Positions 8,796-19,095 are shown, counted from the first letter of the stretch. The stretch is DNA of 44,162 nt from Spirochaetales bacterium (GCA_007130265.1 SLST01000114.1:1-44162); one strand, 5' to 3'. Translations and numbers: made by a program. The notes: generated from the letters alone by a model not told the origin.

Positions 8796-10538
8796 ATGAC
8801 GCTATCGATCCAAGGCAATGATTTCGTGCGGAACGGCAGGCCCGTCCGGCTGCTCTCCGGAGCTTTGCACTACTTCCGCGTCGTACCCGAGTACTGGCGC
8901 GACCGCCTGATCAAGCTCCGCGAGATGGGGCTCAACACCGTGGAGACCTACGTGCCCTGGAACCTGCACGAGCCGCAGCCGGGCGAGTACTGCTTCACCG
9001 GCGACGTCGACATCGAGCGTTACCTTTCGATCGCGCACGAGGTAGGCCTGATGGCGATCGTGCGGCCGGGGCCCTACATCTGTTCTGAGTGGGACCTGGG
9101 TGGACTCCCCGCCTGGCTGCTCCGCGATCCGGCGATGCGCCTGCGGTGCTGCTACCGGCCGTACCTCGATGCGGTCGACCGTTACTACGACGAGCTCCTG
9201 CGGCGGCTCGTGCCGTTCCAAGCCTCCCGCGGCGGCCCGGTCGTCGCGATGCAGGTGGAGAACGAGTACGGCAGCTACGGAAACGACCGTGCGTACCTCC
9301 GCCATCTTGCCGAGGGCATGCAGCGGCGAGGAGTCGACGCCCTGCTGTTCACGTCCGACGGCCCCACCGAATGGATGCTCGAGGGAGGGACGCTGCCCGG
9401 GGTGTTGAAGACGGCCAACTTCGGCTCACGAACGGACGAGGCGTTCGCGAAGCTTCGCGAACACCAGCCGGACGGTCCGTTGATGTGCGGCGAGTTCTGG
9501 AACGGGTGGTTCGACCACTGGGGCGAGGAGCATCACAGCCGGAGTGCAGACGACGCGGCGCAGGAACTCGAGCGGATGCTCTCGCTCGGCGGGTCGGTCA
9601 ATTTCTACATGTTCCATGGCGGCACCAACTTCGGCTACATGGCCGGGGCCAACCACACCGGCTCACGGTACCAGCCGGACGTGGGGAGCTACGACTACGA
9701 CGCTCCGCTCGACGAGGCAGGCGCGCCCACCGCGAAGTTCCACGCCTTCCGGGAGGTGATCGCGCGATACGTCCACATGCCCGAGCTTCGGCTGCCGCCC
9801 CCAATCCCGCGTCGGTCCTACGGCACCGTCCGCCTCGAATCCTCTGCCCGCGTGTTCGATCAGCTCGACCGTCTGTCCACTCCGATCCGCGAACCTGCTC
9901 CGGTGCCGATGGAGCAGCTCGGGCAGAACTATGGGTTCGTCCTCTACCGGACAACGGTTCGCGGGCCGCGTGAAGCGTTGCCGCTCGTGCTCCAGGACGT
10001 GCACGACCGGGCGCTCGTCTTCGTAGACGGCGAGTACCGGGGCGTCATCGATCGCGACGGCACCGAGCCCGCAGTGGAGCTCGCGTTCGGACCCGGCTCG
10101 TTCCGGCTGGACATTCTTGTGGAGGCGATGGGCCGTGTGAACTACGGACCGCAGCTCCACGACCGGAAGGGCATCACGCACGGCGTTCGCCTGGGCAACC
10201 AGTTCCTGTACGACTGGACCATCTACCCGCTTCCTCTGGATGATCCCGACGATCCGGCCTATGGGCCATGGGCGCCGGCTCATAACGATCCGGCGCTCCA
10301 CCGGGGCAGCTTCACGGTGGACGCTCCGGCCGACACCTTTCTCGCGTTGCCGGGCTGGACGAAGGGCGTTGTCTGGGTCAACGGGTTCAACCTCGGGCGG
10401 TACTGGGACGTTGGTCCTCAGCGCACGCTCTACGTACCGGCGCCCAAGCTCAGGCGGGGAGAGAACCGCATCGTCGTGTTCGAGCTTCATGAGTGCGGTA
10501 CCGACGTCGAGCTGCGGGACAGTCCGGATCTCGGCTGA
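8796..10538 (+). CDS. Beta-galactosidase, GH35 (580 aa)
   Basis: LSGALHYFR, GLNTVETYVPWNLHEP, RPGPYICSEW, QVENEYG (acid/base), EFWNGWFDHWG (nucleophile), YMFHGGTNFG; ATG 8796 with AAAGGAG. Confidence 0.95.
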   Translation: MTLSIQGNDFVRNGRPVRLLSGALHYFRVVPEYWRDRLIKLREMGLNTVETYVPWNLHEPQPGEYCFTGDVDIERYLSIAHEVGLMAIVRPGPYICSEWDLGGLPAWLLRDPAMRLRCCYRPYLDAVDRYYDELLRRLVPFQASRGGPVVAMQVENEYGSYGNDRAYLRHLAEGMQRRGVDALLFTSDGPTEWMLEGGTLPGVLKTANFGSRTDEAFAKLREHQPDGPLMCGEFWNGWFDHWGEEHHSRSADDAAQELERMLSLGGSVNFYMFHGGTNFGYMAGANHTGSRYQPDVGSYDYDAPLDEAGAPTAKFHAFREVIARYVHMPELRLPPPIPRRSYGTVRLESSARVFDQLDRLSTPIREPAPVPMEQLGQNYGFVLYRTTVRGPREALPLVLQDVHDRALVFVDGEYRGVIDRDGTEPAVELAFGPGSFRLDILVEAMGRVNYGPQLHDRKGITHGVRLGNQFLYDWTIYPLPLDDPDDPAYGPWAPAHNDPALHRGSFTVDAPADTFLALPGWTKGVVWVNGFNLGRYWDVGPQRTLYVPAPKLRRGENRIVVFELHECGTDVELRDSPDLG

Positions 10539-10575
10539 GCCGGTGTCATCCCGGCATCCGGAAGCACGGAGGTGA

Positions 10576-13140
10576 GTGATGGTGGAAGAAGACCTGCAGT
10601 CGTCTCGTCGCGATGAAGAGACGGATCACGGGACCGACGTTGCAGCCTACCTTCGCAGGCACGATCTGGTGTTTGAATCGCCACCGACCGAGGGGTGGGA
10701 AGGGCTCCCACTGGGCAACGGCAGGCTTGGCGGTCCTCTCTGGGTCCGCCCCGAAGGCCCGGTCTTCCAGATTAACCATACCGACGCCTATGAACTGCCC
10801 GATCCGGAGCGCCGAGACGAAGGGTGGGCGGTGCTCCGTTCCTGCGGGCGGCTCTTTGTCGAGCACGCCGTCGCCCCGTACGACTGGATTGCGATGAACC
10901 ATTTTGAGGGCCGTCTCGCCTTGGGAACCGCGACCGCGAGCCTGCATGCGCGAACCGCCTTTGGGGACTTTGGCACCACCGCGTACGTTCACGCCGAGCA
11001 TCCCGTTGCCGTCATCGAGCACCGCGCGGCGTACCGCGACGCGGTAGGCGCAACCGGGGCTCCCGTGCGCGTATCGCTCGAGCGATGGGGTAGCCGCGTG
11101 TTTGGCTGGTGGTACAACACGATTCACGCGGGAGCCGGCATGGGGCTCGGTCCGTGCAGGGCGTGGGTGGACGGCAAGGACGCCTGCCTCGAGCTACCAT
11201 TGCGAGGCGTACGCGTTGCCGTGCGCTGCCGGATAGTCGGCGCGAAGGTGGCGGCACGTGTTGTGCACGACCACCGTGTAGAACTGGAAGTGGCCGGCTC
11301 AGCGGTGCAGGATTTCCGGATTCTGCTTGCCTGCCTGACCAGCCACGAATCAGACGATCCAACCGCCGCGGCGCGCGATGCGATCGCGACGGTTGAACGG
11401 ATGCCCGAGGCCTACGACGACCACAGGCGATGGTGGGGTTCATACTGGAACCGCTCCTTCCTCCACGTGAGCGAGGACTACGTCGAGAACCTGTACTACC
11501 TTCACCACTACCTGATGGGTAGCTCGGCGCGAGGGCACTACCCGCCGCTGTTCAACGGAGCGCTCTGGATCTGGAACCGCGACGTTCGCAACTGGGTCAA
11601 CCCGCATCACTGGAATCAGCAGATGGCTCATTGGTGCTTGCCTGCCGCCGACCGTTGCGACCTGCTGGCGCCATACCTTGACACCTATCACCGCCTGATG
11701 CCTCACGGCCGGGCTCTGGCTCAGCGCCGTGGGTTCGGAGGCATGTTATGGAATGAGATGCACGATTTCGCCGGACGGCAACTCGGCGAACAATCTGAGA
11801 ACATGAGAGACAATCTGACCCCGGCCTCGCAGATTGCCCTCTTCTTCTGGTGGCATTACCGGTTCACCGGCGACCGCGAGCGATTACGCATTCAGGGTTA
11901 CCCGTATCTCCGCGATGTTGGCGACTTCTATCTCGATTGGGTTCGCTGGGACGAGGCCAGGGAGGTCTATGAGCTTCCTCTTGCCTGCACGTACGAGGAA
12001 TATGACCGGTTCGAGGAGGGCCGAATCCCCCGTTTCACGGATAGTGTCACGAATCTTGCGATGATCAGGGCGCTGTTCGCCGCACTGCTCGCTGCGTCGG
12101 AGGATCTGGAGATCGACGAGCCGCGCCGCGATCGGTGGCGTCACGTGCTCGACCGTCTCCCTCCCTACGCGCTGAACGACCGTGACACCGAGCGCGGAGT
12201 TACCCTCGGGAGCGGCTTGCTCGACGGCCGCGAGCTTCCGGCGAAGGAGAACCACAACCATGGGCCACTGTTCTGTCCGGTCGTGCCTGCCGGCGACCTC
12301 GGCCTGAAGGACGAGGGGTCCGTCGTTTTTGAGGCTGCATGCAACACCGTCCTGACCTATCCGCCGGCCGCGAACTGCATTACCCCCACCGTAGCAGTCG
12401 CCGCGCGACTCGGCCTCCCCGATGAGGCGCTACGACGAGTCGACGCCATGGTGCGCAACCTTCAGCTCTTCCCGAACGGGCTGTTCTTCAACCTGGACTG
12501 GTGGTTTACTCATTCGCGCTACAGCCCCACGTCTCTCGACGGATGGGCGAACGACCTGTCGTGCGTAACCCACCAGCGCGACTATCTCGACGACCGCGGC
12601 GCCAAATATCGCGGCGTGCACGTCCGTGCCAGCCAGGATGAAGGCGTGCAGGAGCATCACACCGACACGCCGGCCTGGCCGTTCACCCAGCCCGGCTTGG
12701 AGTCGCACGGGCTTCTCGCCTTTGGGCTCCAGGAAATGTTGCTCCAGAGTCACGAGGGCGCGATTCGCGTATTCCCCGCGGTGCCCGACTCATGGGCGGC
12801 CGAGTTCGTGTTACTGGCGGCAGGATGCTTCCGGGTGGAGAGTCGCCGCGAGCCGTTCGGGTTGCCGGTGTACGTCTCGATCACGAGTCTCCACGGCGGG
12901 ACGTGTCGCCTCATCGTGCCGTGGCCGGACGGAGCGCAACTATTCGAGGGCGACGTTGCGGCTTGCCGGGAGGAGGCCGATGGCCGGTCTGTTCTCGTGT
13001 GCGCTTCCCCGGGAGATCGATATCTCTTTGGGCCCGTCGGCTGCGGCAGACCGGACACTGCCTCTCCTCGCGAGATCGTCACGAATGATCGGCCCAAACG
13101 CTACCGCGAAGCTACGATCGGGAAACAACGGAACTACTGA
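10576..13140 (+). CDS. GH95-like glycoside hydrolase (divergent)
   Basis: WEGLPLGNGRLGG N-terminus; QEMLLQSHEGAIRVFPAVPDSW C-terminal GH95-type motif; GGAGG SD. Confidence 0.8.
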   Translation: MMVEEDLQSSRRDEETDHGTDVAAYLRRHDLVFESPPTEGWEGLPLGNGRLGGPLWVRPEGPVFQINHTDAYELPDPERRDEGWAVLRSCGRLFVEHAVAPYDWIAMNHFEGRLALGTATASLHARTAFGDFGTTAYVHAEHPVAVIEHRAAYRDAVGATGAPVRVSLERWGSRVFGWWYNTIHAGAGMGLGPCRAWVDGKDACLELPLRGVRVAVRCRIVGAKVAARVVHDHRVELEVAGSAVQDFRILLACLTSHESDDPTAAARDAIATVERMPEAYDDHRRWWGSYWNRSFLHVSEDYVENLYYLHHYLMGSSARGHYPPLFNGALWIWNRDVRNWVNPHHWNQQMAHWCLPAADRCDLLAPYLDTYHRLMPHGRALAQRRGFGGMLWNEMHDFAGRQLGEQSENMRDNLTPASQIALFFWWHYRFTGDRERLRIQGYPYLRDVGDFYLDWVRWDEAREVYELPLACTYEEYDRFEEGRIPRFTDSVTNLAMIRALFAALLAASEDLEIDEPRRDRWRHVLDRLPPYALNDRDTERGVTLGSGLLDGRELPAKENHNHGPLFCPVVPAGDLGLKDEGSVVFEAACNTVLTYPPAANCITPTVAVAARLGLPDEALRRVDAMVRNLQLFPNGLFFNLDWWFTHSRYSPTSLDGWANDLSCVTHQRDYLDDRGAKYRGVHVRASQDEGVQEHHTDTPAWPFTQPGLESHGLLAFGLQEMLLQSHEGAIRVFPAVPDSWAAEFVLLAAGCFRVESRREPFGLPVYVSITSLHGGTCRLIVPWPDGAQLFEGDVAACREEADGRSVLVCASPGDRYLFGPVGCGRPDTASPREIVTNDRPKRYREATIGKQRNY

Positions 13141-13225
13141 TGCTGCCTGCGGGCGTCGGCCATAGCGCAGAGCTGTGATCCACGGTACACTGCGCACGGA
13201 ACAGCACGGTCACGCCGGAGGTGCG

Positions 13226-14107
13226 ATGATGCGACCGGAGATCCGCAAGCAGGGTACCGTCGATTGCGACATGGTAGAGACGACTCCCGTGGTCCATCGC
13301 GGCGAGCTCTACCGCTTCGAGTACGTTCGGCCGGGATACTGGAACAACGAGACCGGCAACTCCTACTTCAGATTCGTCCACGTGAATAGCGGCCGCCTGT
13401 CGCCACCGTTCGCTCATGGTTATCACCTGGGGAACGTGATGGCCGAGGGCGACACGCTCGTGGTGACCGCGACCGACGTCTGGGACGGCGAACGGATCGA
13501 CCTGTTCATCTCCAGAGACATGGAGCATTGGGAGCGGCGCAGTGCGCTCCACCTTCCGGGCTACGGGTTGTTCAACACGAGCATGTGCAAGGCCCGCGAC
13601 CGGTACGTGCTGATGTTCGAAGTCGGCAAACCTACTGAAGTGGCCGGGGTGCGGTTCACCGCTCGTTTTGCAGAATCTGCCGACCTGCATACCTGGACCC
13701 TCACTCCGCCCGAGTGCGTCTATTCCAGGGACCGGTACACCGCGCCGCACTGCCTGCGGTACCTCGAGCCCTACTTCTACAACTTCTACCTCGAGGCGCT
13801 CCCCGGTCGCTGGGAGCAGTACGTGGTCCGGTCGCGCGATCTGGTCGAGTGGGAGGTGAGTCCCCGCAACCCGGTGCTGGCTTCCGCAGAGGAGGACAGG
13901 AGACTGCTGAACACCTCCCTGCCGCAGGACCTCAAGGACCGGATACGTAGCGCCGAAAACATCAACAACTCGGACATCGACTTCTGCGAGTATGACGGCC
14001 GGCTGGTGATCACCTACTCCTGGGGGAACCAGTCGGGCGTGGAGCATCTCGCGCAGGCCGAGTACGATGGTTCAGAGGCCGATTTCCTGCGCGGCTGGTT
14101 CGACTGA
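13226..14107 (+). CDS. Beta-propeller glycoside hydrolase-like protein (Asp-box repeats), family unassigned
   Basis: Three S-x-D-x3-W repeats (SRDMEHW, SADLHTW, SRDLVEW) and SPRNPVL; GGAGG SD before ATG 13226/13229; paralog at 23168. Confidence 0.7.
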   Translation: MMRPEIRKQGTVDCDMVETTPVVHRGELYRFEYVRPGYWNNETGNSYFRFVHVNSGRLSPPFAHGYHLGNVMAEGDTLVVTATDVWDGERIDLFISRDMEHWERRSALHLPGYGLFNTSMCKARDRYVLMFEVGKPTEVAGVRFTARFAESADLHTWTLTPPECVYSRDRYTAPHCLRYLEPYFYNFYLEALPGRWEQYVVRSRDLVEWEVSPRNPVLASAEEDRRLLNTSLPQDLKDRIRSAENINNSDIDFCEYDGRLVITYSWGNQSGVEHLAQAEYDGSEADFLRGWFD

Positions 14108-14183
14108 GTAGACGGGCGTACGGTTGTACCGGATCCGCCACGGGCCCATCATGACTGCGACTCAAGCGTTGCGGGAGGTCACT

Positions 14184-15419
14184 ATGGCAGCTACCAACTA
14201 TCCGATCGGCTTCTGGAACTACGTGAGTGCCGAAAGGCAGGGACCGGAGGCGGTTCGCGACTGGGCCGATTGTGGTATGACGCTGGCGATGGGTCCCGAG
14301 TACTCGCCCGGGTCCGAGGCTGCGCGAGAGAATATGCACGGTATCCTCCAGGAGGCCGCATCCCATGGCATCCGCGTGATCCACTGCCATGCAGACACCA
14401 CGTGGCGCTCCATGACGGCGCACGGCAGGGACGAATACCGTCGGCGGGCGGAGGTGGCCGTGGCGGAGTTCGGGGGCTACGGCTCTCTCATGGGGTTTCA
14501 CGTCGGTGACGAGCCGGACCTGTTCCGGAAGATCGATTACCCGGACGTCGTCGCGAGTTTCCAGGTCCTGAACGAAATCGCTCCTCGCCACCACCACTTC
14601 TCGAATTTCCTGCCCTGGTGGCTTGGGATCGAGCGCGAGATCTACTGTCCGGAGTCCACCTACGAAGAGCACCTGGAGAAGTACGTCACCGAAGGTGGGA
14701 TCCGGCAGCTGTGCTACGACTGCTACGCCCAGATGAAACCGGCTCAACACGGGTGGGATCAGTTCTTCCGCAACCTGCGCTTCTACCGCGAACTCGGCCG
14801 CAGGCTGAACGTGCCCGTCTGGACGACGCTGCTGTCGGCAGGGCATTACGACTACAAGGCCCCGAACGAGCATGAGTACCGGTGGCAGCTTCACGCCGCT
14901 GCGGCTCACGGCATGCAGGGAGTGCTCTGGTTCGTCTTCTACCTTCGCGAGGGCGGTGGAGATTACCACGGAGCGCCCGTGGACGAACACTGGGAACGCA
15001 GCCAGTCGTTTGAGTGGCTGAGCAGGGTCAACCGTACGTTCAACAAGAGCGTCGGTCCGAAGCTGATGGAACTCTCTCATGTCGAGACCAGACACGCAGG
15101 TCGTTCCTTTGGAGGATGGCCGTCACTAGCGGCAGGCGACGACATCGTGCGTGCGGTTTTCGCGCAGACACCGTTTATCTACTCCCGCTTCACCGCGCCG
15201 GGCGGCGTCCCCTATATCCTGTTGATGAATAACTCACCCGATACTGCCACCCATGCCTACTTGCGAATCAGCAGCGCGGTGAAATCGCTGCATCGAGTCG
15301 CCTGGGAGGGCGAGGAGCGAGAGGAGGCATTCGACGCGAGGTACGACGCGTTCTCCGAGTTCGGAAAGTGGTTCATGCCGGCCCAGCTCGAGCTGTACCG
15401 CGTGTCGCTGGTGCGGTGA
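14184..15419 (+). CDS. Uncharacterised TIM-barrel glycoside hydrolase-like protein
   Basis: GFHVGDEP resembles a clan GH-A acid/base motif; LCYDCY; AAAHGMQGVLWFVFY; GGAGG SD before ATG 14184. Confidence 0.6.
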   Translation: MAATNYPIGFWNYVSAERQGPEAVRDWADCGMTLAMGPEYSPGSEAARENMHGILQEAASHGIRVIHCHADTTWRSMTAHGRDEYRRRAEVAVAEFGGYGSLMGFHVGDEPDLFRKIDYPDVVASFQVLNEIAPRHHHFSNFLPWWLGIEREIYCPESTYEEHLEKYVTEGGIRQLCYDCYAQMKPAQHGWDQFFRNLRFYRELGRRLNVPVWTTLLSAGHYDYKAPNEHEYRWQLHAAAAHGMQGVLWFVFYLREGGGDYHGAPVDEHWERSQSFEWLSRVNRTFNKSVGPKLMELSHVETRHAGRSFGGWPSLAAGDDIVRAVFAQTPFIYSRFTAPGGVPYILLMNNSPDTATHAYLRISSAVKSLHRVAWEGEEREEAFDARYDAFSEFGKWFMPAQLELYRVSLVR

Positions 15420-15434
15420 GCCCCGGGCGAACGG

Positions 15435-18109
15435 ATGGTCTGCCTCGAGAACAACGATGTGCGGATCGGGTCTGGCGCCGGGACCGGTAGACACAGTAGC
15501 CTGGTGAGCAAGCCGCGAGGGCGCGAGTACGTGACGAACTCGCAGGCGAGCGCGCCGTTCGGTGTCTGGCGCAGTTCCCGCGAGCCGTACCGGTTCGGCT
15601 CGCGGGCCGAAGGCGGAGCCTGCGGCGAGCCTCCGAACCCGACGGCCATCTGAGACGGCTGGATGGTCACCGGTACGCTCGCAGAGATCTCGGCCGACGG
15701 CGACCGTGCGGCCCTGAAATACCGCGTGCCGGCTTCGGCTCTCCTGGCCCGTGTGGCCGTGGAGCTGAACGGCAGGGAATGCCGGTGGACGCTTGCCGTG
15801 GCCAGCGATGGTCCCAACCCGGTTGAGCTGATGGCCGACTTACCGCGCTGGGAAGGGATCAACCTTTGGCGTGACGCGGGCGCCAGCATGGTCGCGATGA
15901 ACCGGGGCGGGTACGTGGGCAGTATCTGGCGCCATCGCGGCGGTCTGTACGGCGATGCGTTTCAGCAGAGCGCCCAGTTCGGGTGTCTGTACGAGCGCTC
16001 GACCGCGGGCTTCCTGGGGTTCTACGTTGACGATCCGGAATTTCGTGCCAAGGAGATCCTCTTCGTCGAACCGGACATCGTTGTCCGATGGTTCCCACAG
16101 GTGGGTCTGGCTCCTGGAGCGTCGGTCGTCTTCCCGACAACCGTGCTCATGCTATACGACGGGTCGTGGCACGAGACTGCGCAGGCGTGCGGCGGATGGT
16201 ATCGTACGATCGTTCATCCGGACTCGGTGCCGGAGCGGGTGCGGTCTTCTGAGTCGGACTCCGGTGCCTGGATGGAGGAGCGCGGCGACGAGTACGAGAC
16301 CCGGCCCGGTCCTGCCGGCGCGGAGATGCCCCCGGCAGCGATGGACTCGTTCGACGACCTACCGACCCACTACCAGCGGACACTCGCGCTTACCATCGAG
16401 TTCGCCTTCCTCTGCCGGCAATCGCGGGTCCCGGCGCTTGGCGACGAGGGGTCGCCGCTTAGTCCGCAGCCCCGCCGCCATACCGACGGCTGGAACGAGA
16501 TCAGAGAGGACCTTGGCGGGACGGCCGCGCTGGCCAGGGGGGGGTAGAGGCCATGCACCGGACGGGTCGGCGGGTGACACTCTACGTGGAAGGGCTCATC
16601 GTGCCGGACGACAGCGAGCTGTTCGAGCAACTACCATCGGCCCGGGACTGGGTTGTCCTCAACGCCGACGGGACAACGAACGGCCTCTACACGAGACAAC
16701 GACTCGTGGACACGGCCACTTTGTGCGGCCTTCCTGTCTGAGAGATAGTTCTCGGCGAAGATCGACGGGGCGATATCGCCGTGAGCCGGATGACGACCCA
16801 TTCGGTTGTAGAACACCTCGATGTGTTCCTGGATAGCCGCCTGGGCCTCGATCCTGGTCCGAAAGCGACGGTGGTAGACCAACTCCTCCTTCAGTGTGCC
16901 CGAGAAACTCTCCACCGGGGCGTTGTCGTAGCACTTGCCCTTGCGCGACATGGAGGGTCTCATCCCCAGCGCCACGACGGCGCGCTGGTAGCTCGTAGCA
17001 CAGTACTGGCTGCCTCTGTAAGAGCGATGGATGCGGCCCGGCTCGGGCCGGCGGCATCGAACCGCCCGATCGAGCGCCGCGTGGGTCAACTCCTTGGTCA
17101 TCCGGCTTGCCATCGGGTATCCGCCGCGATGAGGCGACGCAATCCTGATGCGCTTCTTTCCACCGAGGCGCCGGTCGATCTGAAGCATCGCCATTTCAAC
17201 CGTGCGCTGCACCAGGCATTCCGTATGGAGCTCTCGCGAGCCCTGTGCGAGGCAGCACGGCCGATGCGCGTTGCGCTTCCCGCCTACCGGCTCCACACCG
17301 GAGCAGCCGGCTCGGGTCCTTCGCTTCGGGTCGCGCCGCTCTGGTTGGTGCCCGGAGCCGACGAGTCGCCGTGGCTCGCGGTGTTTGCGGCCGTAGGCCG
17401 GACGATCAACGACCGGCAGATCAGGTCTGATCCATGCGCCACTCCAGATGGTGTCGTGTGCTGGCACGTCGCCGGCGACGACGAGGATGTCGTCATAGGC
17501 GTCCGGCCGGGAGTCACCGACGACGAATCACACCGGCTTCGGGTCTCCCCGGACCAGCAGCCCTCCGCGGTCACCGTCTCGCTCGCCTACCGGCCGAGCG
17601 AGGCGTGGCTTCACGACCTGGATCGTGGCTCGATCCGTTCGCTCGAATGGAACCAGGCGGATGGCGTCGTCGGCTTCCGCGCTGACTCGTGCTGCTTCGT
17701 AGCCGTCTTCCGACGGCGGTCCTGTCCGGTTCCCACCTGGATCGACATGCCGGGAGTGGTCCGTGCCGGTACTCGTGCTACTCTTGATATCTCCGCGATC
17801 GGCCACACCGCACCGGTGTCCGCGACGCTCAGTGTGCCCGGACTTTGTCGCGCGACCCGGCACGAGTTGAACGTTCCCGGAAGCCGTAGGCTGGGTGTCC
17901 CGGCCGGCAGGACACCTGGCTGGTATCGTGCGGAACTTGCCGGGCCCGGGATCTGCAGTTCGGTGCGCCTGTTCATGGTCACCGGACACGGGAAGCGAGG
18001 GGTTCGGGGCAGGTCCAGTCGATCGCCGGTGCACCATCGTCGGCTCCAGCAGGATGGTCTCCGGCGGGTCGCTCAGCTCGCCGGAGATCCGCTGGAGAAT
18101 CCGCTCTGA
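15435..18109 (+). pseudogene. Degraded large glycoside-hydrolase-like gene
   Basis: Collinear fragments with an in-frame TGA (15651-15653), a frameshift at a G8 run (16537-16544; restored reading ARGVEAMHRTGRRVTLYVEG) and an IS3 remnant (16706-17122); host-like sequence resumes at AAMRRRNPDALLSTEAPVD. Confidence 0.7.
16706..17122 (-). mobile_element. IS3-family transposase remnant (OrfB C-terminal integrase core), degenerate
   Basis: Minus strand GYPMASRMTKEL...IHRSYRGSQY...MSRKGKCYDNAPVESFSGTLKEE...FYNRMGRH; canonical HSDRGSQY Asp replaced; GTGTCCAC resembles the inner part of an IS3 right end; no OrfA, terminal TG/CA or target-site duplication seen. Confidence 0.85.
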
Positions 18110-19021
18110 AGCGATCCTGCCTACCCGCTCGGGGGTCTGCTCGAAGGTAGTCAGAGACGGAAAAATGCCGACGATACTCGGCAGGTTGCCGAAGCCGAAG
18201 ATCGAGAGGTCCTCCGGAACCCGCAGCCGGCACTCCTGGGCTGCACGGTAGACATGGTAGGCAATGTAGTCGTTGAAGGCGAAGACCGCGGTGGGACGGT
18301 CGATCTCGCGCAGAAGACAAAGGGACTCCTCGTAGCCCCCGTGCACGCGGGATATACGCACGACTGTACAGCGGGCTTCACCGTGATCGTTGACCCGGGA
18401 GATGAACGGCTCGCCGCGTCCGCCGTCCTCCGTCAGCCCTCCAGCCTCGCTCATGTAGCAGATGTGGCGGTGACCGAGCCCCAACAGATGATCAGCCGCC
18501 AGGCGAGCCCCGAGCGCATTGTCTGTGACGACCGCGTCGCGGTGGACCGCTTCGACCGCCCGGTCGACCAGGACCACCGGGATGGACAGATGGTCGATGT
18601 AAGTGTAGAAGGACTCTGAGAGATCGTCACTGCACATGATGATCCCATCCACGCGTTGGTCCACGAGGCGGTGTACCTGTGCGGCATCATGGTACCGAGC
18701 ATCGTCATGCCTTGGCCAGACAATGATGGGCAGATAGTCGGCGGGTATAAGGGCGTTGTGGATTCCAGCGAGCACCCTGCCGCGGAACAAAGGGTCGTCG
18801 GTGATATCAAGAAGAACCCCAACAATTCCCGACCGCCCAGTCTGCATGGTTCGTACCGCGAGGTTCGGCCGGTAACCCAACTCGCCGGCGATTCTTTCGA
18901 TGCGTTCGCGAGTCTGCGGTGAGATCTCCCCCTTATTGCGGAGTACCCGCGACACGGTGCTGGCGGACACGCCTGCAGCCTGCGCTATCGATCTGATACC
19001 AATGCTCTTGTCGAATCGCAT
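17528..19021 (-). CDS. LacI-family transcriptional regulator with anomalous ~150-aa C-terminal read-through
   Basis: IRSIAQAAGVSASTVSRVL HTH, LGYRPNLAVR hinge, PTAVFAFND, VPEDLSIFGF, ending HRRSTGP near 18010; ATG at 19021 with GAAGGA. Confidence 0.9.
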   Translation of the reverse strand: MRFDKSIGIRSIAQAAGVSASTVSRVLRNKGEISPQTRERIERIAGELGYRPNLAVRTMQTGRSGIVGVLLDITDDPLFRGRVLAGIHNALIPADYLPIIVWPRHDDARYHDAAQVHRLVDQRVDGIIMCSDDLSESFYTYIDHLSIPVVLVDRAVEAVHRDAVVTDNALGARLAADHLLGLGHRHICYMSEAGGLTEDGGRGEPFISRVNDHGEARCTVVRISRVHGGYEESLCLLREIDRPTAVFAFNDYIAYHVYRAAQECRLRVPEDLSIFGFGNLPSIVGIFPSLTTFEQTPERVGRIASERILQRISGELSDPPETILLEPTMVHRRSTGPAPNPSLPVSGDHEQAHRTADPGPGKFRTIPARCPAGRDTQPTASGNVQLVPGRATKSGHTERRGHRCGVADRGDIKSSTSTGTDHSRHVDPGGNRTGPPSEDGYEAARVSAEADDAIRLVPFERTDRATIQVVKPRLARPVGERDGDRGGLLVRGDPKPV

Positions 19022-19034
19022 TGTCTTTCCTTCT

Positions 19035-19063
19035 ACTATGGAGTACTTTCGGCCAGAGCGCAA
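19035..19063 (-). promoter_or_regulatory. Candidate sigma70 promoter for the LacI gene (TTGCGC-N17-CATAGT)
   Basis: Exact 17-nt spacer; the -35 lies inside the 16-bp palindrome. Confidence 0.5.
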
Positions 19064-19095
19064 GTACTTGCGCAAGCGTGTGCAAATACTTGTTG
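19058..19095. promoter_or_regulatory. Candidate operator pair: perfect palindrome GCGCAAGTACTTGCGC (19058-19073) and imperfect copy GTGCAAATACTTGTTG (19080-19095)
   Basis: Located between the LacI gene and the divergent ABC operon, overlapping both -35 boxes. Confidence 0.65.

Noticed and set aside
4738-15653. Genome-wide TGA recoding (code 4 or 25), suggested by two in-frame TGAs each followed by three codons and an ATG
   Set aside because: Many full-length genes end in TGA at the expected position (GH35, both family-5 SBPs, OppB, aldolase), TGG is used freely, and the second case lies in a gene with several other lesions
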